Virus record (IMG/VR): IMGVR_UViG_3300023170_004110
Span: 1 to 49,738 of that record
Reading direction: 5' to 3' (one strand)
Origin: a virus
Taxonomy: Duplodnaviria > Caudoviricetes
DNA length: 49,738 bases
Shown here: positions 18,791-27,698 of the stretch, piece after piece
Layout: each line of letters begins with the position of its first letter
How positions within the stretch are numbered: the stretch's first letter is position 1
Notes under the pieces: generated by a model
The model's input: only the letters and a program-made list of their open reading frames with translations
Databases searched by the model: none
What the model was told of the DNA's origin: nothing
Position numbers and translations under genes: made by a program

Positions 18791-19420
18791 TTATGATCCA
18801 ATACCAGAGGCTAAGCCTGCGCCAATATCTCTTGCAATACCGCCAACACCTATACCATCCGTTCTCTGCTCTCCTGATGTTTGTAAAGCATTGTCGTATC
18901 TAATTGTTAATGATATTGTCACTGCATCAGATGTTGCGTAATTTAAAGAATTATAATTCACACTTTCCAAATAACAACCATATAATTCAAATGTTTCTAT
19001 AGTCGCCGGTGCTAATGTTCCGTTACCTCCATCTAAAATTTCAATCACTGACTTGAATTTATAATTTTGGCCATATGATGCACTTGCTTGTTCGAAAAAA
19101 TCAAATTGCTTTGTAAGCTGTCTTCCTACTGCTTTTTGAACATGTGATGATACATCATCTCGTAAATTTAATGTAATTGGTTCCCAAGTATGTTTTCCTG
19201 CTAAATTAACTTTACTATTATACACATCTAAAGTCATTTGTTCAAACGATAAATTAGGTCTGCTTACATCTATTACCTGACTGGTAAGTTCTTGTGATTG
19301 ACTATTACCCCCAAAATTTTCCAGTGTTACCCTGAACCTATATTGCAATTTAGGCATAAGGATAATTGAGCTGCTTTCACCTACCGGAATGCTCATATTT
19401 TTTAAACTTGCAGATGGCAT
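18791..19420 (-). CDS. 19: tail tube protein (gp19-like)
   Basis: PKLQYRFRV, AGKHTWEPITLNLRDD, FELYGC, LTIRYD; directly after the sheath gene. Confidence 0.9.
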   Translation of the reverse strand: MPSASLKNMSIPVGESSSIILMPKLQYRFRVTLENFGGNSQSQELTSQVIDVSRPNLSFEQMTLDVYNSKVNLAGKHTWEPITLNLRDDVSSHVQKAVGRQLTKQFDFFEQASASYGQNYKFKSVIEILDGGNGTLAPATIETFELYGCYLESVNYNSLNYATSDAVTISLTIRYDNALQTSGEQRTDGIGVGGIARDIGAGLASGIGS

Positions 19421-19443
19421 TTTAACATATCTCCTTTTTGTTA

Positions 19444-21156
19444 TTATAGTCCAGCAATTTCGCCTGTATTTTTCAATCTCATTGGAATGTAAATAAATTC
19501 TATTGCTTTTACTGGTTCAACTGCTACATCTATATATAGCTCGCTTCTATCGATTCTAGCAGGTGTATTGTTACTTGAATCACATACTACTATAAAATCA
19601 TAAATTGCTCTTAGCGTAACTAATTCTTGTAACAATGTTTCACATGCATTTTGAATTTCTGCTCTTGTAAATCTATCGTTTGCTTCAAAGATATAAGGTT
19701 TTGCTAGCCTATTTAATTGACTTCTTAAATAAATTACAAGTCTTGCAACATTTATCCTATCCAAACTACTTGTACCTAATTGTCTTGTTTTTTGACCAAA
19801 GTTTACTAATCCTGCTCCTGTAATAAATGTAATTGGATTAATATTGTTTGAATAAAGTGTATCTCTAATTCCGTCATTTAAAACAACAGGTTGAAATTCA
19901 TTTTCAGCATTTAAAAATCCTACTGAAGAAGCATTTGTAATATTTCCTCTTCTTGTACCTGCAGGAGAAAACCATGGATAAGCAACTTGGTCACTTAATG
20001 CGATTGTTCGTAACATCATATGACTGGCAGGTACCATTACATTATTTCCAAAATTATCGCTTGTAAATCCACTTGGATAAAACATTGCTACATACGGATC
20101 TGAAGTTGTAACACCTTTATCATTATCTTCTGTAGCTAAATTAACATTATTTGCCCAATTGTTTAATTTTGTTCCGTTAGCTTCTAATCTAAATGGTGTG
20201 TCTCCAACAATAAATGAGCTTACATCTCTATCATAATTTAATGATACCATTTCTCCAATAAGTTCCGGATAACCTGGGCAAGCCATTAGGTTAAATCTTC
20301 TACTTTCTTTTTCTCGAATGTCTTGATTACTATTAACCATAGCTTGCAAAGCTTGAACAACTACTTTTCTCTGAGCTTTATATCCAAAAGATCCACTTCC
20401 GTCTTCTTGATTTCCTGACTCAGTTACCCATCTATCTGTATGATATACGCCAATTGTATCATCATTCATTTTTTGGTCGTTGTATCTTGTGTTTACTTCA
20501 GCTAAATTTATATAATTTTTAACATATTTTTTAACATTAAATCCACTTCTCCTAAGATTAAACAGCATCATACCTTTAGGATAAATTGCAGGGTCTGGAG
20601 AGTCAGGATCTACATAATCTGAAGCTATTAAATCAGACATCAATCCAGGTTCGTCACTTGAAGCACCTGTTGTATTATATCTTGCATCTGCAAATACTAT
20701 TCCATCTTCAGTTGTTTGATCACCTGTATCTACAAGTTCCCATCTTTGATCTAATGGTAAGTCTGTTCTAGCTGCATTAAATTTATATAATTTAGGATAA
20801 TTATCTAAATCGCTAGTGTCTAACCAAACATCTCCAGTTACTAGAGGTGTATCATCTGATTGTGTTTCTGGTAAACTTGCTGCAACAATGACTCCATTTG
20901 GATCTGTCATTAAAGTTTCATCTACATTATAATATGGACTTGCAGCCATTTGACCGCTACCATCATACCTAAAGCCTACAAACGCACTTCCATTGTGGAC
21001 TAATATGTCTACATCATCTACAACTGCATTATACCAAAGTACACCATTTCTATAACTATTAATAATAGGTGAATCACTTGCATCATATGTTAATGGTCGC
21101 CATAAACTTGCCCTCAATTGTGTATCGTTTGAATTTTCTACAAGAAAGGTTGCCTT
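19444..21156 (-). CDS. 18: tail sheath protein, C-terminal part (frame open from 21156)
   Basis: YPWFSPAGTRRG, LYSNNINPI, GQKT, LDRINVARL, FEAND, EPVKAIEFIYI. Confidence 0.9.
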   Translation of the reverse strand, partial: KATFLVENSNDTQLRASLWRPLTYDASDSPIINSYRNGVLWYNAVVDDVDILVHNGSAFVGFRYDGSGQMAASPYYNVDETLMTDPNGVIVAASLPETQSDDTPLVTGDVWLDTSDLDNYPKLYKFNAARTDLPLDQRWELVDTGDQTTEDGIVFADARYNTTGASSDEPGLMSDLIASDYVDPDSPDPAIYPKGMMLFNLRRSGFNVKKYVKNYINLAEVNTRYNDQKMNDDTIGVYHTDRWVTESGNQEDGSGSFGYKAQRKVVVQALQAMVNSNQDIREKESRRFNLMACPGYPELIGEMVSLNYDRDVSSFIVGDTPFRLEANGTKLNNWANNVNLATEDNDKGVTTSDPYVAMFYPSGFTSDNFGNNVMVPASHMMLRTIALSDQVAYPWFSPAGTRRGNITNASSVGFLNAENEFQPVVLNDGIRDTLYSNNINPITFITGAGLVNFGQKTRQLGTSSLDRINVARLVIYLRSQLNRLAKPYIFEANDRFTRAEIQNACETLLQELVTLRAIYDFIVVCDSSNNTPARIDRSELYIDVAVEPVKAIEFIYIPMRLKNTGEIAGL

Positions 21157-22726
21157 CTAAAGCAGGAGTTAGGCCAAGTAATGTTAATAAAGATCCAGTT
21201 GTATCTTCTAGTTGCATCTCGCCACCTAGTTGATGTTTAATTACAACTTTGTTATTTGCGTCTACTGAAGCTTCTACGTTAGGTATAGCAGAGTTATTAA
21301 TAGCTTCCGCAACAAGTAAAGAATCTCCTGCATCTCCTTGAGTTGTTACATTGACAGGTATAGCTGCTGTCATATTGATATTTGCGGCTTGGCTTGACAT
21401 TATAGTAAAAGTATATAATTGAGCAGGCAATGTTCCTGCTGTTACTGCCTTAGATGTAATCGTAGTTTGACCAATATTCCATCTTCTATAAATCTTAAAA
21501 TTTGCTAATGCAGGATCATCATAACCTGTATTTGAATGAACAAATAATTCGCCAGTTAGTAGATTAGATCCTCCGCCTGCTTTATCCATGTAATATAATG
21601 CTGCTACGAATGAACTGTAAACATTTGGATTTGTTGTTTCCCAACTACCAAGATCATCTAACCATTTATTTACAACAAATTTTGCTCCTGAATTTGGTGT
21701 AGATGTTTTTAACCATATCGATCCAGTTGGTCTTGGATTAATATCTGATTGTTTAAACGTTGGTATTGAAGTATGTGGTCCTACATGAACAGTAGGAGGA
21801 TAATAACTATCTGCATCAATTGCATAAGCTGTTAATATTGCTGCATCTCCTGTAATTACAATAGGACTTGTTCCATTTGTATAAATGTTCAATCTACCAT
21901 TAGCTGTGTCTGCTGATAGGTAAGCTAAATTTAATCCATTTATTCCATCTCTTAATGAAGCAAGTGTATCGCCATTTTGTAATTGTATAGCGGCTCCATC
22001 TATGACAAATTGTCCTGCTTCTGTTAAAGGTACATTGACATTTCCCGAAGTAATTGTTGGCCAACTTTTTCTCCACGCTTCGCTTCCTACTTGATGCCAT
22101 CCTGCTGCTGATCTATAATATACTTTAATTAAAGTTGTTGTATTAACTACAGCATAAGAACCAACTGATCCTATCGCATTTTTCGGATTGTTGTCAGAAT
22201 CAACATCATTAGGATCAGTAATTATTGTTGGAACTTTATTTGTAAATACTTGTCCTCCTGCAATAATTGCATCACTATTCCATTCTTGTATTCCGTAAAC
22301 TGTTTTGCTTGAATCTAACCAATATGATCCATCTGTTGGGTCTTCTCCTGGTGCAGAAATTTTAGGCTCGAGCTGATTTAAATCAATGTTTGCTCTAGTC
22401 ACAAATGCTCGATTAGAAACTCCTAAAAATGAATAAGCAGCCTGTAGTCCATACTCATTTAATTCACTTCCATGGATAGGTGTGTTATTGTTGTCTACCT
22501 TAAATATCGGATCGCCAAATGTATCTACTAAATCTCTTTGAGATGTAATAAGATATGGCACTCCGGCATTTGCAGATAGTGTACCCTCGGCAGTACCTGA
22601 ACCTGCCCCATTTAATTTATTTTCAGCTGTAGCAATGAAAATCATAGGAAGTGTACCTGGCTCTGCTGGTACATAAAAACTTTCATCTACAACGCTTACT
22701 TGAACTCCTGGTGATAATAAAGCCAT
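21083..22726 (-). CDS. 18: tail sheath protein, N-terminal part
   Basis: MALLSPGVQVSVVDES, ITSQRDLVDTFGDP sheath N-terminal motifs; out of frame with the C-terminal part. Confidence 0.85.
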   Translation of the reverse strand: MALLSPGVQVSVVDESFYVPAEPGTLPMIFIATAENKLNGAGSGTAEGTLSANAGVPYLITSQRDLVDTFGDPIFKVDNNNTPIHGSELNEYGLQAAYSFLGVSNRAFVTRANIDLNQLEPKISAPGEDPTDGSYWLDSSKTVYGIQEWNSDAIIAGGQVFTNKVPTIITDPNDVDSDNNPKNAIGSVGSYAVVNTTTLIKVYYRSAAGWHQVGSEAWRKSWPTITSGNVNVPLTEAGQFVIDGAAIQLQNGDTLASLRDGINGLNLAYLSADTANGRLNIYTNGTSPIVITGDAAILTAYAIDADSYYPPTVHVGPHTSIPTFKQSDINPRPTGSIWLKTSTPNSGAKFVVNKWLDDLGSWETTNPNVYSSFVAALYYMDKAGGGSNLLTGELFVHSNTGYDDPALANFKIYRRWNIGQTTITSKAVTAGTLPAQLYTFTIMSSQAANINMTAAIPVNVTTQGDAGDSLLVAEAINNSAIPNVEASVDANNKVVIKHQLGGEMQLEDTTGSLLTLLGLTPALEGNLSCRKFKRYTIEGKFMATINI

Positions 22727-22766
22727 TTCAAGAACTCCTCATGTTAATATATGTCTTTTCTACAAG

Positions 22767-22838
22767 TATTTATGTATTTTGTTGAAAAAAATATTGTTAG
22801 AACTGCATGAAAAAGGGGCGTAAAAGGTGACATAAATA
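22767..22838. promoter_or_regulatory. divergent late promoters: CATAAATA (minus, 22767-22774) for the sheath; CATAAATA (plus, 22831-22838) for the HNH gene
   Basis: Both motifs seen in the intergenic gap. Confidence 0.6.
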
Positions 22839-22843
22839 AATTT

Positions 22844-23182
22844 ATGAGACCATTGTGCATTTGCCGTCAGCGACCTGCGGCTGTAAATTATAAAAAAAAT
22901 GGTAAAATTTACTATAGGAAAAAATGTGAAATTTGTTTGAAATATAATCAAACAGGTGTAGGAATTCCAAAATGGAAATTAGCCGGTTATGAAAAGAAAA
23001 AATTCTGCGAAAAATGTAGATTTCAGAGTACATATGCAGAGCAATTTAATGTTTATCACATTGATGGTAATTTAGATAATTGTAGAATTACAAATTTAAA
23101 AACAATTTGTGCAAATTGTCAACGTATACTGCAACGCGAAGGAGTTAAATGGAAGCAAGGTGATTTATTACCTGATTTTTGA
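22844..23182 (+). CDS. Zn-finger / HNH-like protein
   Basis: CxC, CEIC, CEKC, VYHIDGNLDN..NLKTICANC. Confidence 0.75.
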   Translation: MRPLCICRQRPAAVNYKKNGKIYYRKKCEICLKYNQTGVGIPKWKLAGYEKKKFCEKCRFQSTYAEQFNVYHIDGNLDNCRITNLKTICANCQRILQREGVKWKQGDLLPDF

Positions 23183-23184
23183 AT

Positions 23185-23943
23185 TTATCCAATAATAAAA
23201 CCGTATCCTGAACCTCCAGGAATAGCAGTTGCAATTTCTTGCTCTAATTTTTCCATTTCTTGTTGTGCTTCATTTTTAAGAGTATCTCCGTTTAATTGTC
23301 CTCCACCTTGTGGACCAGCTATTGTTGCAAACTTAGATCTAGCTTCGCCTAGCATCATTTTACACAAAGCTAATGAATAATCTCTAATCCAATTTTTTGC
23401 CATATAATCGTCGAGTAATTGTTCATCTGGTCTATAATTGTAACATTCTAAAAGTAATGTTTCTTCTGCTTGCGGTCTTTGTAGAATTGTTATAGTGTGT
23501 GTTGTTCTACTCCAATTAAATTCTATGAAGGATCCAAACATTCTACCTACTAACTCTTGATACTGCGAAAACATATCATAAGTTGCAAGACCACCTAAAT
23601 TAGAACTAGCTAACAAATATGTATTTGTATAAGCTAAATTGAAAGGTTCGTATAAACTTCCACCATCACCGCCACCAGTTCGTGAACCTATACTTCTTCT
23701 AAAAATTTTTTTCACTTCCACAATTTCTGGAGGTAGTACATATGCGTTTTGATCAATTATTGTTGGCATAAAAAAATATCCTTTTTCGATACTATTTTCA
23801 GATCTTTGCCTAAATCGTGATAATGCTTTAGATAAAGCCGTTTCGTAATGTTGAGGATCTAACTCAACATCTATCATTCCACCGCCTAACATTGTATGAA
23901 TGTAAGTAAAAACATCTTGTTTTTTTGTTGTATTTCCTGCCAT
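23185..23943 (-). CDS. 13: neck protein (gp13-like)
   Basis: LGGGMIDVELD, WIRDYSLALCKMMLGEARSKF, GGQLNG, FIIG C-terminus. Confidence 0.88.
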   Translation of the reverse strand: MAGNTTKKQDVFTYIHTMLGGGMIDVELDPQHYETALSKALSRFRQRSENSIEKGYFFMPTIIDQNAYVLPPEIVEVKKIFRRSIGSRTGGGDGGSLYEPFNLAYTNTYLLASSNLGGLATYDMFSQYQELVGRMFGSFIEFNWSRTTHTITILQRPQAEETLLLECYNYRPDEQLLDDYMAKNWIRDYSLALCKMMLGEARSKFATIAGPQGGGQLNGDTLKNEAQQEMEKLEQEIATAIPGGSGYGFIIG

Positions 23944-23960
23944 TATAATATCTCCTTTAA

Positions 23961-23980
23961 TATTTATCTTTAACTAAATA
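23961..23980. promoter_or_regulatory. back-to-back late promoters for gp13 (GATAAATA, minus) and gp14 (CTAAATA, plus)
   Basis: tatttatc at 23961-23968; ctaaata at 23974-23980. Confidence 0.6.
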
Positions 23981-23985
23981 TACAT

Positions 23986-25158
23986 ATGCCAAGACTTTCT
24001 TTATATAAACCTGAAAAAGGTAAAGACTTTGAATTTATAGATGCAAGAATATTTGAAATGTTTACTATTGGTGGAACTGATATAAATGTACACAAATATT
24101 TAGGACCTAAAACGCCTGAAGGAGATGCTGTAACACCGGCAACACCTGGAGGTGCAGATATTTTTGATCCTGCAAGTGTAAGTATACAAGATTTATTATT
24201 TTTAGAAAATAGAGATAAAAAATACGAACCAGACATCTATACGTTTAGAGGTATTTATAATGTACAGGATATTGATTTTAATCTAACTCAATTTGGACTT
24301 TTTTTAAATAATGATACTATTTTTATTACAATCCATATTAGAAGCACAGTAAAAACTATTGGAAGAAAGCTGATTGCTGGTGATGTATTAGAATTACCTC
24401 ACCTAAGAGACGAATATGCGCTGAATGATTTAAATACTGCTTTGAAAAAGTATTACGTTGTTGAAGAAGTTAGTAGAGCGTCAGAAGGATATAGTCCAAC
24501 ATGGTATCCACATTTATACAGATTAAAATGTAGACAAATATTTGATAGTCAAGAATACAATGATATTTTTACTTTACCTGTAGACGAAGATGTTCCTGCA
24601 GAAGGTTCTTTACGCGACTTAATGTCTAATTACGAAAAAGAAATAGCAGTAAATGATGCAATTATTGCCCAAGCAGAATACGATGCACATAAAAGTGGAT
24701 TCGAAACACGGCATTTTTGGTCTATTCAAAGAGATGCGTTAGGTAATGTAGAGATAGTTACTGTGGATAGTACTACACTTGATGCAAGTTCGGGAGAACT
24801 AGCTGATAGAATTATGCAAACACCTGAAAGAACAGGTTATGTAGGTTATCTATTAGGAGATGGGATACCCCCAAATGGTGAAATTTTTGGGTTCGGAGAT
24901 GCATTTCCAGAACTTAATGAAGCTGGAGATTATTTTTTACGAACTGATTTTATTCCAAACAGATTGTTTAGATTTGATGGAACACGATGGCGTAAAATAG
25001 AGGATGCGGTTAGACATACTCTAACTAACACCGATGAAAGAAATACCCTAGTAACTTCATTTATAAATAACAAAAACCAAACAGTTATTGATGGCGAGAT
25101 TATTGAAGAACGCCAAGGAATAAATGAAGCATTACGGCCTAAAGTAGATAATCCTTGA
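23986..25158 (+). CDS. 14: neck / head-closure protein (gp14-like)
   Basis: LTQFGL, AGDVLELPH, YRLKC; lies between gp13 and gp15. Confidence 0.7.
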   Translation: MPRLSLYKPEKGKDFEFIDARIFEMFTIGGTDINVHKYLGPKTPEGDAVTPATPGGADIFDPASVSIQDLLFLENRDKKYEPDIYTFRGIYNVQDIDFNLTQFGLFLNNDTIFITIHIRSTVKTIGRKLIAGDVLELPHLRDEYALNDLNTALKKYYVVEEVSRASEGYSPTWYPHLYRLKCRQIFDSQEYNDIFTLPVDEDVPAEGSLRDLMSNYEKEIAVNDAIIAQAEYDAHKSGFETRHFWSIQRDALGNVEIVTVDSTTLDASSGELADRIMQTPERTGYVGYLLGDGIPPNGEIFGFGDAFPELNEAGDYFLRTDFIPNRLFRFDGTRWRKIEDAVRHTLTNTDERNTLVTSFINNKNQTVIDGEIIEERQGINEALRPKVDNP

Positions 25159-25167
25159 GAATAAATT

Positions 25168-26622
25168 ATGCAATATTTTTATGATGGGCAAGTTAGAAAA
25201 TACGTAACCCAAGCTATAAGACTTTTTAGTAATTTTAATATCAGAGATGTAGACGGAGAATTAAGACGAATTCCAGTATTGTATGGAAATCTTTCAAAAG
25301 AAGTTGCGTCTATTTTAAATGACAATTCTGAAAATAAATTTCCAAGTGCTCCGAGAATGTCGGTTTATATAACTGGACTTGAACAAGATAGATCTAGAAC
25401 TTCTGATTACAGTTTTGTAAGTAAAATCAATGTTACTGAGCGACAATTTGATCCTGTAAAGAACGAATACTTAGCAACAAGAGGAAAAAATTATACTGTT
25501 GAAAGACTGATGCCTACTCCATATATATTACGGATTAATTTAGATATATGGACAACGAATACCGATCAAAAGTTACAAGTTTTAGAACAATTGTTGGTTT
25601 TGTTTAATCCGACTTTAGAAATACAAAAAAGTGATAATTTTATAGATTGGACCAGTTTAACAATTGTGAATTTAGATAGCATTAGCTATTCAAATCAAGT
25701 TACTGGATCATCTACAGGAGATGATATTGATATCGCCTCATTGTCTTTTTCTATTCCAATATGGATTACTGCTCCTGTAAAAGTAAAAACATTAGGTATA
25801 ATTACTTCTATAATTACAAGTATATATAATGAACAAGCTGGTAATGTTGAATTTGATATGACGGTACCTCAAATGCAAGCCTATATTACAAATATTGTAT
25901 CAGCAGATATTAGGAATAAAATTAAATTAGACGAAGATGGCAATGTTGTAAGAATTAAGCAAGAATCATCAACTATGTTTAAAAAGGATGTAGATAGTGT
26001 ACAAGTTACTACCTATCACAATTATGATTTGTATGTTTATCAAGATAAAATAGAACTATATCAATTTGGTAAAACTACAGGAACTTTTTGGTATGATATT
26101 TTTACAGCTTCTAAAGAAGAATTTGAAGATGGTATTAGTGAAGTAAGATTGCAAAGAAAAGATAATGATTATGAAATAATTGGAAAAATGTCGTTAGACA
26201 CGCAAGATCCAACTATAATGAATGTAGTATGGGATATAGATACACTACCTAGTGATACTATTCTAGCAGGAGCAACATCTATAAATTACATAATAGATCC
26301 TGTTAAAACAAATCCAACAGATATTAAAACACCTGGTTTAAGATTGTTATTATTAAATGAAGGAATTGGCTCAGCAGACAATATAGATGGAGCAGATGCA
26401 TGGAAAAATAATGACAATACAGATTTTGTAGCAAATGCTAATGATATTATAGAATGGAACGGAACAAACTGGGTTGTAATTTTTGATTCTAAAAACAGTA
26501 CTGATAGCATAATTTACACAACAAATTTAAATACTGGTGTCCAGTATAAATGGGAAAAGGGTGATTGGTTACTAGCATACGAAGGTGAGTATCCAATAGG
26601 AACATGGAGAATTGTTTTCTAG
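25168..26622 (+). CDS. 15: tail terminator / sheath stabilizer (gp15-like) with C-terminal extension
   Basis: YFYDGQVRKY, IPVLYG, PRMS, MPTPY, QVLEQLLVLFNP. Confidence 0.85.
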   Translation: MQYFYDGQVRKYVTQAIRLFSNFNIRDVDGELRRIPVLYGNLSKEVASILNDNSENKFPSAPRMSVYITGLEQDRSRTSDYSFVSKINVTERQFDPVKNEYLATRGKNYTVERLMPTPYILRINLDIWTTNTDQKLQVLEQLLVLFNPTLEIQKSDNFIDWTSLTIVNLDSISYSNQVTGSSTGDDIDIASLSFSIPIWITAPVKVKTLGIITSIITSIYNEQAGNVEFDMTVPQMQAYITNIVSADIRNKIKLDEDGNVVRIKQESSTMFKKDVDSVQVTTYHNYDLYVYQDKIELYQFGKTTGTFWYDIFTASKEEFEDGISEVRLQRKDNDYEIIGKMSLDTQDPTIMNVVWDIDTLPSDTILAGATSINYIIDPVKTNPTDIKTPGLRLLLLNEGIGSADNIDGADAWKNNDNTDFVANANDIIEWNGTNWVVIFDSKNSTDSIIYTTNLNTGVQYKWEKGDWLLAYEGEYPIGTWRIVF

Positions 26623-26635
26623 CATAATTAATTTT

Positions 26636-27064
26636 ATGAAAGAAATAATTTGTAGTGGAGCACTGATTTACAGTCTAATCTCAAAAAGATTTTTATTTTT
26701 ATATAGAGAAAAAAGCAAGCAGCATCATCTTTGGGGTCTAGTAGGCGGTATGAATGAAGAAACTGAAACTCCTTGGACTGCTCTACAAAGAGAAATTGTA
26801 GAAGAAATTGGTGCTACTGAGATACTTAAATCAATTCCACTTGAAACATTTATTAGTAACGATGAAAAATTTCTATTTCATACTTACTTATGTGTTGTAG
26901 AAAATGAATTTATTCCTAAATTAAACGAAGAACATAGTGGTTATGCATGGGTTGAATTTGGAAAATGGCCTCTTCCTTTGCATAATGGCTTAAAAAATAC
27001 TCTTTCAAACAAAATCAATAAGCATAAGCTTAAAACAATTATTCAAGTTATGCATTTAATATAA
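26636..27064 (+). CDS. NUDIX hydrolase (start revised to ATG 26636)
   Basis: Nudix box GGMNEETETPWTALQREIVEEIG; LNEEHSGYAW. Confidence 0.9.
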   Translation: MKEIICSGALIYSLISKRFLFLYREKSKQHHLWGLVGGMNEETETPWTALQREIVEEIGATEILKSIPLETFISNDEKFLFHTYLCVVENEFIPKLNEEHSGYAWVEFGKWPLPLHNGLKNTLSNKINKHKLKTIIQVMHLI

Positions 27065-27073
27065 AAAATAATT

Positions 27074-27460
27074 ATGACAGATGATAAAGTTACTCAATAT
27101 AGCTGGGGATATGAAATACACTGGGCTAGGAAAGAACAATTCTCCGGAAAAATTTTAGTTTTTACACGATCTAATTGTGCTACAGACATGATAATGCACA
27201 AAGAAAAAACAAAAAGCTTTTTTGTTAACAATGGTAAATTTAAAGTGCGGTGGATTAATATAACAAACGGTGAAATCTTTGAGGCAGAAATAAAAGAAGG
27301 TGCGGTTTTCGATGTAGATAGCATGATGCCATATCAACTCGTTAGTCTAGAAGATAATGGTTCGTTATCTGAAGTTTCGTCAGGAGATCCTAATAATCAA
27401 GATAATTTTATTATCGTAAAATCAGGAAATAATAATGCTACCAGCTCTATACCAAAGTAA
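27074..27460 (+). CDS. cupin-fold protein (sugar isomerase-like)
   Basis: WGYEIHW, GKILVF, HKEKTKSF, EVSS motifs; some metal ligands look degenerate. Confidence 0.7.
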   Translation: MTDDKVTQYSWGYEIHWARKEQFSGKILVFTRSNCATDMIMHKEKTKSFFVNNGKFKVRWINITNGEIFEAEIKEGAVFDVDSMMPYQLVSLEDNGSLSEVSSGDPNNQDNFIIVKSGNNNATSSIPK

Positions 27461-27698
27461 AAAAGTTCAAAGAGATTTTCAATTTATCCAAACTAAAATA
27501 AACCTAGTTTCTAATAAAGAAATTAAAAATAAATGCAATATTTTGCTAAAAGAATTAAAAAAAGAAGTAGCAAATTTAGAGAATAATCATAAACTTGGAT
27601 TGTATGATATTTTTAATAGTACAATGCTTAACTCTTCTAGAGAAAAAATTTTTTCTCTAAGAAAAAAATTAAAAATTTTATTAAAAGAAAATATTTAA
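27435..27698 (+). CDS. hypothetical basic helical protein
   Basis: 87-aa ORF overlapping the end of the cupin gene. Confidence 0.55.
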   Translation: MLPALYQSKKVQRDFQFIQTKINLVSNKEIKNKCNILLKELKKEVANLENNHKLGLYDIFNSTMLNSSREKIFSLRKKLKILLKENI

